Part shown: positions 9,331 through 18,300 of the stretch, piece after piece
Numbering within the stretch: position 1 is the first letter of the stretch
Layout of the letters: each line of letters starts with the position of its first letter
NCBI GenBank assembly: GCA_963808125.1
Contig: CAWEEP010000074.1
Location: forward strand, 116 to 64,115
Length of the DNA stretch: 64,000 nt
Direction: 5' to 3'
Source: Candidatus Dormiibacterota bacterium
GTDB lineage: Bacteria; Chloroflexota; Dormibacteria; Aeolococcales; Aeolococcaceae
The notes under the pieces: model-generated
What the model was told of the DNA's origin: nothing
The model's database searches: none
Seen by the model: only the letters and a program-made list of their open reading frames with translations
Translations under genes and position numbers: made by a program

Positions 9331-10355
9331 GTGATCCACACCGCCGCCGCCGACCGCTACAGCTCCATGGTCTACCGCCGCTGCGGCCGGAGCGGGCTCC
9401 GGCTGCCTCTGATCTCCCTGGGTCTCTGGCAGAACTTCGGTCACCAGCGGCCGATCAGCGAGAGCCGCCGAATTCCTCCGCGCCTTCGACGCGGGCATCA
9501 CCCATTTCGACCTCGCCAACAACTACGGGCCCCCCTACGGTTCCGCCGAGGAGACCTTCGGGAAGATCCTCGCCTCGGGGCTGGGCCGGTACCGCGACGA
9601 GATCATCGTCTCCACGAAGGCCGGCTACGACATGTGGCCCGGGCCGTACGGGGAGTGGGGGTCGCGCAAGTACCTTCTGGCGAGCCTCGACCAGAGCCTG
9701 CGCCGCATGGGCCTCGACTATGTCGACATCTTCTACTCCCATCGTTTCGATCCAGAAACGCCGCTCGAGGAGACCATGGGAGCCCTGGACCAGGCGGTGC
9801 GCCAGGGCAAGGCCCTGTACGCCGGCATCTCCTCGTACTCGGCGGCGCACACCCGCCAGGCGGCCGAGATCCTGGGCCGGATGGGGACGCCGGTGCTCAT
9901 CCACCAGCCGTCGTACTCCATCCTCAACCGCTGGATCGAGGGCGGCCTTCTCGACGCCCTCGAGGACCTCGGGATCGGCTGCATCGCCTTCTCGCCCCTC
10001 GCCCAGGGCGTGCTCAGCGGCCGCTACCTGGGGGGTGTCCCAGAGGCGTCCAGGGCCGCCCGCGCCGGCTCCCTGACCACGGCGATGCTGACGCCGGAGA
10101 CGCTGGCCAGGGTGCGGACCCTCGACAAGCTGGCCACCGGCCGCGGGTCAGTCGCTGGCTCAGATGGCCGTCGCCTGGGTGCTCCGCGACCCCCGGGTGA
10201 CCTCGGCGCTGATCGGCGTCAGCAGCCTCTCCCAGTTGGAGGAGAACCTCGCCTGCCTCGATCGGCTGGACTTCTCCGCCCTGGAGCTGGCGGAGATCGA
10301 CAGGCTCGGGACGGACGGCGGCGTCGACATCTGGGCGGCGTCGAGCCGGGACTGA
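9331..10355 (+). CDS. aldo/keto reductase, YghZ / Kv-beta-like; two 1-nt frameshifts (about 9474 and 10148)
   Basis: AAADRYSSMVYRRCGRSGLRLPLISLGLWQNFG, then ILRAFDAGITHFDLANNYGPPYGSAEETFG...DIFYSHRFDPETPLEETMGALDQAVRQGKALYAGISSY, then LAQMAVAWVLRDPRVTSALIGVSSLSQLEENL. The pieces lie in track ORFs 9208.., 9632.. and 10164... Each junction is explained by one extra T. Confidence 0.85.
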
Positions 10356-10386
10356 GAGCGGCGGTCCGAACCCCCGTCCGGGTCCA

Positions 10387-10406
10387 GCGGCGCGTCCCCG
10401 CGCCGC
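10387..10406. terminator. GC hairpin between convergent genes (GCGGCGC-GTCCCC-GCGCCGC)
   Basis: Perfect 7-bp stem with a 6-nt loop in the 61-nt gap between the AKR stop and the citrate synthase stop. No U-tract. Confidence 0.35.
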
Positions 10407-10416
10407 GCCCAGTCGG

Positions 10417-11592
10417 TCAGGCGTAGATGAGGTTGTCGGGCAGAGTTCGCGGCGCCTGGGGGCCGACGTAGAGGGCCGAGGGGCGGATCAGCCGGTTGGC
10501 CCCCGCCTGCTCGACGATGCCGGCGGTCCATCCCACGGTCCGGCTGCAGGCGAAGGTCGGGGTGAACATGTCGCGCGGCACCCCGACCGTGTTCATCACG
10601 ACGCCGCCGTAGAACTCCACGTTCGTGTACAGGCGCCGGCCCGGCTTCAGCTCGGCCAGCACCCGCAGAGCGGTCTGCTCGATGAGCTGGGCGAACTCGG
10701 CCTGGGCGCCGCCGATCTCCCTGGCCACTTCGCGCAGCAGCAGCGACCGGGGGTCGTCCGTCTTGTAGATGCGGTGGCCGAAGCCCATCAGGCGCTGTCC
10801 ATTGGCGATCTGCTGGCGCAGGTAGTCCTCCGCCTTCTCGGGCGAGCCGATGGCGTCGAGCATCGCCAGCGCGCGGGAGGGCGCGCCGCCGTGCAGCGGG
10901 CCGGCGAGGGCGCCGATGGCGCCGGTGATGGCCGAGCCCATGTCGCTGCCCGTCGAGGTGATCACCCGCGCCGTGAAGGTGCTGGCGTTGAAGCCGTGGT
11001 CCATGGTCAGCAGCAGGTACTTCTCGAGCGCCCTGGCGTCCTTCGGATCAGGGCGCTTCCCAGTCAGCATCTGCAGGTACGCGGCGGCATAGCCGAGGTC
11101 GGGATCGGGGTCCACCGGAGGCAGGCCCTGCTGCACTCGGTACAGCCGCATGAGGAGGACCGGGACGAGCGCTGCCATGCGCAGTCCGTCGGCGCGCACC
11201 TCCTCCACCCCGATGTCGAGGCTGGGCCGGAGGTTGAGGGCGGCCGCCGTCGCGGAGACGGCGGTGCGCAGCGATCCCAGCGGCGTGTGGCCGGGGAGAC
11301 GGGCGATGACGTCGAGTGCCTCGCCGATCCCGGCAGGCAGCTGGCGCGCCTCGACGGCCTTCTCCCGGAAGGCCCGCAGCTGGGCGTCGTCCGGGAGATC
11401 GCCCATGAGCAGAAGGTGCCAGACCTGCTCGAACGAGCAGCGCCGGGTCAGCTCCGTGGCGTCATAGCCCCGGTAGTGGAAGAAGCCCTCCTCGCCCCGG
11501 ACGTCACTGATCAACGTCTCGGAAACCACCACCCCCTCGAGCCCCGGCGGAGCCAGGACAGGCGGAGCCGCGAACCTGAGCGCGTCGCTCAT
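10417..11592 (-). CDS. citrate synthase (dimeric / CitA-type)
   Basis: Intact ORF. GYDATEL, DHGFNASTFTARVITSTGSD, GPLHGGA, GFGHRIYKTDDPR, NVEFYGGV. The ATG at 11592 sits 8-11 nt after GGAGGAGG. The track start at 11610 is the alternative. Confidence 0.9.
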   Translation of the reverse strand: MSDALRFAAPPVLAPPGLEGVVVSETLISDVRGEEGFFHYRGYDATELTRRCSFEQVWHLLLMGDLPDDAQLRAFREKAVEARQLPAGIGEALDVIARLPGHTPLGSLRTAVSATAAALNLRPSLDIGVEEVRADGLRMAALVPVLLMRLYRVQQGLPPVDPDPDLGYAAAYLQMLTGKRPDPKDARALEKYLLLTMDHGFNASTFTARVITSTGSDMGSAITGAIGALAGPLHGGAPSRALAMLDAIGSPEKAEDYLRQQIANGQRLMGFGHRIYKTDDPRSLLLREVAREIGGAQAEFAQLIEQTALRVLAELKPGRRLYTNVEFYGGVVMNTVGVPRDMFTPTFACSRTVGWTAGIVEQAGANRLIRPSALYVGPQAPRTLPDNLIYA

Positions 11593-11767
11593 CGGAGTAG
11601 CCTCCTCCATTCGCAGTCAGACTCTACAGTGTCCTGTCGCGCCGCCCGCATTCCAATCCGGGGCCGCCTCGGCGCCCCGCCGATCCGGCGGAGCCATCAA
11701 CGGAGAGTGGCGGGTTCGGCGATCCTCTGCTATCCTCGGCCGGTCACCCCCGACTTGGACATCCAGC

Positions 11768-12889
11768 ATGCGTCGCACCCCCTTCGTCGGTGGCCGTCTC
11801 GGCCTGTCGATCCTCGTGATCGCTGTCCTGATGGCGTCCTCTCCTCCCCGGCTCTCGGGCCCGCTGCCACCGAGCCGGACCGCGGACGTCTACGACCAGC
11901 AGATCGCCGCTGTGCAGGCGCAGTACGACGCCATCGGCGCCCAGATCCAGTCCCTTCTCGCTGACCAGACGGCGGCCTCCACCCAGGCGGCGGCGGTCCA
12001 GGCACAGGTGACCGCCACCCAGCAGAGCATGCAGACCGTCGAGGCGCGCATGACCCAGCTCAACGCCGACCTGACCGCCACCAACGCGGACATCCAGGCT
12101 GACGCCGCCCGCCTCACCGCCCAGAAGGGCCAGCTCACCCAACTGTTGGTGGCGATGTACACGGCGGGGGGCAGCAACGCCCTGAGCGGCCTCGTCGACA
12201 GCCAGAGCATCAGCCAGTTCATGACCCGCCTCAACTTCGTCCAGACGGTTGGACAGCAGGTCCAGACACTCATCGTCGCCGTGCGCAGCGATGAGCAGAG
12301 CCTCCAGGTCCTCGGCCAGACGCAGCAGGCCGATCTGGCCGCCGCGGCCGCGTCCATGGCGCAGCTGGCGTCGTTGCAGAGTCAGCTCCAGATCCAGCAG
12401 GCCCAGCTGCAACAGGAGGTCGCGGCGCTCGGCGGCCAGGTCGCCTCTCTCCAGTCGCAGGGTCAAGCCCTGCAGAGCCAGATCGCCACCCTTCGTGTCG
12501 AGCAGGCGGCGGCGGAGGCCCACGGGTACGACGGCGTCGTCCTCCAGCCGTTCGCCTTCGGACCCATCAACGACGACTACCCCTGGGGCCAGTGCACCTG
12601 GTACGTTGCCTCGCTGCGCAACGTTCCCTGGATGGCCAACGCCAAGGACTGGCTGGAGTTCTCTCAGTGGGACGGTTTCTCCACGGGAATGACCCCCCAG
12701 CCCGGCGCCATCGTCGTCTGGGGCGCGGGCCACGGTTACAACTACCTCTACGGGCACGTCGCCTATGTCGTCGCGGTGCAGAGCTCGTACCAGTTCACTG
12801 TGAACGAGGCCAACTACTACCTCGTTCCCGGCCAGGTCGATCAGCGGCAGGTGAACACGCTCAACGACGTCGAGGGCTTCATCTACTGA
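11768..12889 (+). CDS. secreted coiled-coil protein with C-terminal CHAP-domain peptidoglycan hydrolase
   Basis: N-terminal signal/TM segment, a long Gln/Ala-rich coiled coil, then the CHAP signature YPWGQCTWYVA ... GHVAYVV. Confidence 0.8.
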   Translation: MRRTPFVGGRLGLSILVIAVLMASSPPRLSGPLPPSRTADVYDQQIAAVQAQYDAIGAQIQSLLADQTAASTQAAAVQAQVTATQQSMQTVEARMTQLNADLTATNADIQADAARLTAQKGQLTQLLVAMYTAGGSNALSGLVDSQSISQFMTRLNFVQTVGQQVQTLIVAVRSDEQSLQVLGQTQQADLAAAAASMAQLASLQSQLQIQQAQLQQEVAALGGQVASLQSQGQALQSQIATLRVEQAAAEAHGYDGVVLQPFAFGPINDDYPWGQCTWYVASLRNVPWMANAKDWLEFSQWDGFSTGMTPQPGAIVVWGAGHGYNYLYGHVAYVVAVQSSYQFTVNEANYYLVPGQVDQRQVNTLNDVEGFIY

Positions 12890-12951
12890 ACCCATCGGGG
12901 GTAGGTGGGGCGGGGGTCGAAAGCGGTGCCTCCGATGTGCTCTGATAGGCG

Positions 12952-13596
12952 ATGCCCATGAAGCAGTGGATCCACGGCGACACCGGCCACTTCGACCGCT
13001 GGTCGGCCACGTATGACCGCAGCCTTCTGCAGCGGCTTCTCTTCGACCCCGTCCACCGCCGCGTCTGCGCAGCGCTCATGGAGGGCCACCTTCCCGGCAC
13101 CGTCGTCGATGTCGGCTGTGGCACGGGGCGGCTCGTGGAGATGATACGGCACCGCCTTCCGGAGGCCGAACTGGTCGGCATCGACCCCTCCGACGGGATG
13201 GTCTCCGTCGCCCGCACCCGCTTCGCGGGCGTGCTGGGGGTTCGCATCGAAGCCGGCTCCGCCCGCGACCTGCCGCTGGAGAGTGGCAGCGCCGACGTGG
13301 TGACGACGACCCTCTCCTTCCACCATTGGGACGAGCCCGGCGACTCCCTCCGCGAGGTCGTGCGGGTGCTGCGCCCCGGAGGTCGCCTCCTCCTCGCCGA
13401 CGTGTTGGGAATTGGTTTCTTCGGCCGCCTCGCCGGCTCCCTGGGGAACCGTGACGGAAGCGCCTTCCGCGACGCCGGCGAGCTCTCCTCGCTGCTGACC
13501 AAGGCCGGCTTTGCATCCTGGCGCCGGCGCAGGATCTTCGGCCCCGGCATCCCTCTCTTCCTGGTGGAGGCGAGAGTAGGCAGGCTCGGCGGCTGA
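12952..13596 (+). CDS. class I SAM-dependent methyltransferase
   Basis: VVDVGCGTGRL (motif I), LRPGGRLLLAD, SADVVTTTLSFHHW. Confidence 0.85.
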   Translation: MPMKQWIHGDTGHFDRWSATYDRSLLQRLLFDPVHRRVCAALMEGHLPGTVVDVGCGTGRLVEMIRHRLPEAELVGIDPSDGMVSVARTRFAGVLGVRIEAGSARDLPLESGSADVVTTTLSFHHWDEPGDSLREVVRVLRPGGRLLLADVLGIGFFGRLAGSLGNRDGSAFRDAGELSSLLTKAGFASWRRRRIFGPGIPLFLVEARVGRLGG

Positions 13597-13818
13597 GCTC
13601 CTCAGGAGCGCCGCGGCCCTTTCCGGGGAGGGCCTTGGCGTCCGAGAGGCGGCTCGCCACGGCCGTCGCGTCCAGCAGGAGAGACTGCGCCCGGACGTCA
13701 GCGGCCTTGGCGCCCGGCGTGGAAGCTGACGCGAACGCCGTCGGCGCTGTCTCGAACTCACCCGCCCTCGCGGTCGTGGACGGTCCGGCCCGCCGGTTGC
13801 TACCCTTGAGCCCAACGC

Positions 13819-14514
13819 TTGCTATCAGACACCTCCACCCTGTACGCAACGCAGACCGCGTTCATTGCCTTCGGCGCCATCGCCACGCTTGGCGCTGTGC
13901 TAGTCGCACTGTTCGGGCCGATTTGGCATGAGGCCAGACGGCGTCCGCGCCTGAGCCTTGAATTCCACGCGGACACCGATGACATGGTGCTGAGCTACAC
14001 CGGGGAACCACAGGATGGGGAGTGGCTGTTCGTGCGTCTTCGGGTGGTGAACGGAAAGGGCAGGCGGACGGCTCACGATGTCGAGGTCTGGATGCTCGAC
14101 ATCGTTGGGGATGATGGCGCCCCCCACCGTGCCCCGGCCAGGACGCTGAAATGGGCTGGCCGTCCCGACCACATGCTTCCGTCGCTGCACAGTGGCATGC
14201 CGCGTCGCGTGGATCTGGCCGAGGTTCGCAGACCGCGCGAGCCCGCCGAGGCCCTGTTCCTGGCCGTGCCATACCACCCGGTTGTCGATCCGCCGGTTCT
14301 CCTCCCGGCCGGTCACTACCGCTTTCACCTGCTAGTGACCGCCGAAGACGTCGAGGCACGCAGTTACGCCTTGGACCTCACGCTCAACTCAAGCCTTGAT
14401 ATCAAAGCCTCCGACAGGCTCAAGCGCTACCTCACGGTGAAGGGCTTGCGGCAGACCAGTTCACCCACCGTTCGCGAAGCGCTCCCCGATCCGGGGGCGG
14501 TGCGGGCAAAGTGA
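13819..14514 (+). CDS. hypothetical membrane-anchored protein (orphan)
   Basis: 231-aa ORF with a TTG start and one N-terminal TM (AFIAFGAIATLGAVLVALFGPIW). Codon periodicity is present, but third-position G/C is visibly lower than in neighbouring genes. I recognise no family. Confidence 0.45.
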   Translation: MLSDTSTLYATQTAFIAFGAIATLGAVLVALFGPIWHEARRRPRLSLEFHADTDDMVLSYTGEPQDGEWLFVRLRVVNGKGRRTAHDVEVWMLDIVGDDGAPHRAPARTLKWAGRPDHMLPSLHSGMPRRVDLAEVRRPREPAEALFLAVPYHPVVDPPVLLPAGHYRFHLLVTAEDVEARSYALDLTLNSSLDIKASDRLKRYLTVKGLRQTSSPTVREALPDPGAVRAK

Positions 14515-14569
14515 TCGATCCATCCATGCCCCTCAGGCCGGGTGCGGAAGCGACGGTCGAGCCTCCCGG

Positions 14570-15141
14570 TCAACTCGCACGCTGACCGACATACGTTCGC
14601 ACAACGTCAACCCCCGCCAAGGCGAGGATGAGGGCTCGATGCGACCCGTCATCCAGGCAGTACGTCACCTTCTCTCGAAGTGTTTCATTCAGGATTCCTT
14701 CGCGCACAGCGATCAACGGGAGAGCCTCACAGAATGCGAGGGCAGCCGCCGGCGCGCGACGCCTCCAGGCCACGAGCTGCCGGAGCCGTGCCGCGTTGGT
14801 GGGGCACCCCCTTCCTCGACGAGGCGTGCTGTGTCGGTGATCGGGCCAGCCGTCCAGGTGAGCGGTAGCCCGCCCATCCCCGGCCAAGCCCCGATCGAGT
14901 CGAGGCGAATGGCGCGGAACCGCCACCGGAGTGAAGCGAAGCGCTGCCGGCGGGCGGCGTCCTGCACGCGCTCGAGCAACTGATCGAGGTCGATTCCCTC
15001 GAGCGCTGCAACGGACGCTCGTATCCTTCTCGTCACCTCACGAACGCTGCGGGTCTCGTCGATCAAGTCCAGTCCATCGGCGGCCAGAAAGGAGCGGACG
15101 ACGGGTGTCGCATCGACAAGGATCCCGTCTCGAGATTGCAT
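14570..15141 (-). other. unrecognised, probably frame-disrupted coding region (two overlapping minus-strand ORF pieces)
   Basis: ORFs 14713..15141 (MQSRDGILVDATPVVRSFLAADGLDLIDE...) and 14570..14926 (...ALPLIAVREGILNETLREKVTYCLDDGSHRALILALAGVDVV) look protein-like in parts and low-complexity elsewhere. This suggests indel damage. No family assigned. Confidence 0.3.
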
Positions 15142-15384
15142 CGTCTCGCGGGAGTATAGGTCAGCCCCGAGCGCCGTTTCCAGAGGTGACGATGCTCCAG
15201 CGAGGGATGGCGGCGCCGACCCGTCGGCAACCGCGGCGTGCGGTGCTGATCGGCGTCTCCGGAGGCGGGCACCTCTGTTCCTGGAGGCGATCAGGGGTGT
15301 TGGTCCCCCGGTCGGTTGGGGCCTGCGTCCCGCCGCTCGGCAGGCGGCTCCCTGGCCAAGTGGCCGGCAACGAAGGCTGTCGCC

Positions 15385-18300
15385 TCAGCCGAGAACGACC
15401 CGGACCTGGTGCGTTGCGCCGTCATCGGCGAGAGGGATTGCGGTGCCCCCGGAGAGCGTCGTTCCGTCCAGTTCACACGATGCCACGCCGCGGCTCACCC
15501 GCTTCGGATTCTCGACGGCGATCGTGTACGTGGCGGAGAGGTGACGGAAGACGATCTCGAAGCCCGGCCAGGCGCGGGGGATGCAGGGGTCGATCACCAG
15601 CGACGTCCCGCGCAGTCGGAATCCGAGGATCCCCTCGAGGCCAGCCTGGTACATCCAGCCCGCCGAGCCCGTGTACCAGGTCCAGCCCCCGCGGCCGACA
15701 TGTGGACTCTCCGTGTAGACGTCGGCCGCGATGACGTATGGCTCCACCTTGTAGCGGGCGACACCGTCCGGGGTGCTCGCATGATTGATGGGGTTCAGCA
15801 TGGAGAACAGACGGCCTGCCGTGTCGCCGTCGCCCAGCTGCGCGAAGGCGAGCACCGACCACATCGCCGCGTGCGTGTACTGGCCACCGTTCTCGCGGAT
15901 GCCCGGCAGATAACCCTTGACGTATCCGGGGTCGAGCGTCGGACCGGTCGAACGGCGGCGTGAGCAGCAGGAGCACTCCATCGTCGGGGCGGACGAGGTG
16001 CTCCTCGACAGCGGCCATGGCCCGCTTCGCGTGGTCGACACCGGCGGCACCGGACAGCACGCTCCACGACTGGGGGATCGAGTCGATCTGGCACTCAGTG
16101 TTCACCGCGGAGCCGAGCGGGGTGCCGTCGTCGAAGAAGGCTCGGCGGTACCAGTCGCCGTCCCAGCCGTCGCGCTCCAGCGGCCGCGAGGAGCCGGGTC
16201 GCGTTGCTCGCCAGCGCTTCGCACGACCGCTCTCGCCCCGCGCCTCGGCGATCGGCGCGAACGCGCACAGAACCGTGTGGATGAACCAGCCCAGCCAGAC
16301 GCACTCGCCCCGGCCCGCGCTGGCCGACGCGGTTCATCCCGTCGTTCCAGTCGCCCGTCCCATCAGCGGCAGTCCGTGCGTCCCGACGGCGAGGCTGCGG
16401 TCGAGGGCACGTCGCGCAGTGCTCGTAGAGTGCCGCCGGCTCGGCGGGGGGCTCCGGGTGCAGGTACGCGTCGTCCTGGCCCGGCCGCGAGTGCCGGGCC
16501 CACAAGGAAGGGGATGGTCTCGTCGAGGACGGACGTGTCGCCCGTCGCCGCGATGTACGGGCGACGAGTAGGGAAGCCAGAGGTGAGTCGTCCGAAATCC
16601 GCGTGCGCAGCCCGCGGCCCGATGGCGGATGCCACCAGTGCTGCACGTCTCCCTCGACGAACTGTGGGCGGCGGCCCGCAGGAGATGCTCGCGCGCCGCG
16701 CCGGGCTGGCGAAGCAGCAGGGCGATGCACGTCCTGGAGCTGGTCGCGGAAGCCGTAGGCGCCGCCGGCCTGGTAGAAGGCCGATCGCGCCCAGAGCCGG
16801 CAGGCCAGGGTCTGGTAGATGAGCCAGCGGTTGAGCATGAGGTCCATCGAGCGGTCGGGGGTCCGCACCTGGACGCGGTCTGCACGGCGTCCCAGAAGCC
16901 GGTCACGGCTGCGAGCGCCGCCCCGCGGTCCATGCTGCGCCCCCGCCGGATGAGATCGGCCGCAGCCGCGGGACCGTCCGCATCGCCGAGCAGAATGAGG
17001 ATCTCGGTCCGTTCCCCATGAGCCAGTTCGAAACTGGCCTGCAGGACAGCGCAGGGATCCATGCCGGCGCCTGCGGCACCCTGAAGCCGGTGCCCGCGGT
17101 CCAGGCCGGCGGGGCGATCGGGACTCCCGTTGCGGCCGATGAACTCGGTACGGTCGGCCGTCCACGACGTCTGCCGCCCGCCCAGGTCGAGGAAGGCGAC
17201 CCGTCCAGCGAATTCGACGTTCCAGGGGTTGCGGGCGAAGAGAGCCTTGGTCTCCGGCTCCAGCGACGTGACGATGCGCGGGGCGCTGGCTCCGCGCGAC
17301 GTGCCCAGCACCCATTCGGCGTAGGCGCTCACGGACAGTCGCCTGGCGCGCCCGGAGTGGTTCTCCACGGTCAGCACCGAGACCTTCAGACGGTCGTCGA
17401 GCGGGACGAACTGGAGGAGTTCCAGGTCGATGCCGTCGTGCAGGTGCTCGAAACGGCTGTACCCGGGCCCGTGGCGGATGACGTACGTCAAGTCCTCGCA
17501 GCGCGCCGGCCCGGCTGTCGGCCCCCACAGCTCTCCGGTGTCGTCATCTCGGACGTAGATGGTCTCGCCCGGCGGATCGGACACCGGGTCGTTGGACCAT
17601 GGAGTGAGCTGGTTCTCGCGGCTATTGCCCGACCATGTGTACCCCGACCCGGCCTCGGAAACCTGGAACCCGAACGACGCATTGGCGATGATGTTCAACC
17701 AGGGCGTCGGTGTCGTTCGTCCTGGGTCAAGAACGGTGACGTACTCGCGTCCGCCGTCAGCGAAGCCGCCCGTCCCGTTGAAGCACTCGAGCAGCGGCGT
17801 CGAGGCCGCGGCACCGGTCGCAGCCCGGCTCATCGGGGGCGGCACCGGGGGAGCGGCGATCACCTCGGGACGCTCGAGTCGGATCACCTGGTCGGCGAGG
17901 CTGCCCGCGCGGCTCGGCAGCACCGCTCGCGCGGCCGTCTGGAGGAGGATGCGGTCCTCGGCGGAGAGCTGATCGCCACGCAGGATGTGCACGCTTCCGC
18001 GACCGGGGTGGGCGCCATCGACCGGGAGGGAGTGGGCCGACCGGACCAGGGTCTCGAGTGCATCGCGGAGGCCCTGGGAGTAGGTGGCGCCATGCTCATT
18101 GAGGATCACCAGGTCGACGTCGAGAAGCTTCAGGCGCCAGTACTCGTGCGCGCGGAGCAGCTGCCGCACAATGTCGAGTTCCTCGGCTTCGTCGATCCGC
18201 ACCAGAACGATGGGCAGATCGCCGGAGATGCCGTGGGCCCAGAGGCCGGGTGCCCCTCGCTCGTTGCGGGCCAGCAGGCTTGCGGCCGGGCGAAGCGACG

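Noticed and set aside
11611-11767. Possible c-di-AMP (ydaO-type) riboswitch in the 157-nt leader of the CHAP hydrolase gene, by analogy with actinobacterial rpf/cell-wall hydrolase leaders.
   Set aside because: I could not find the conserved blocks I remember (GGGGACCCA, GGGGUGAAUC, AGCUAACCUCG). Only a vague CCGATCCGG resemblance is present. A cmsearch with RF00379 would settle it.
14713-15141. PIN-domain (VapC) toxin reading of MQSRDGILVDATPVV...
   Set aside because: Only the first acidic motif looks PIN-like. The remaining conserved Glu/Asp positions and the C-terminal T.D..F pattern are not recognisable in any frame, and no upstream antitoxin ORF was found.
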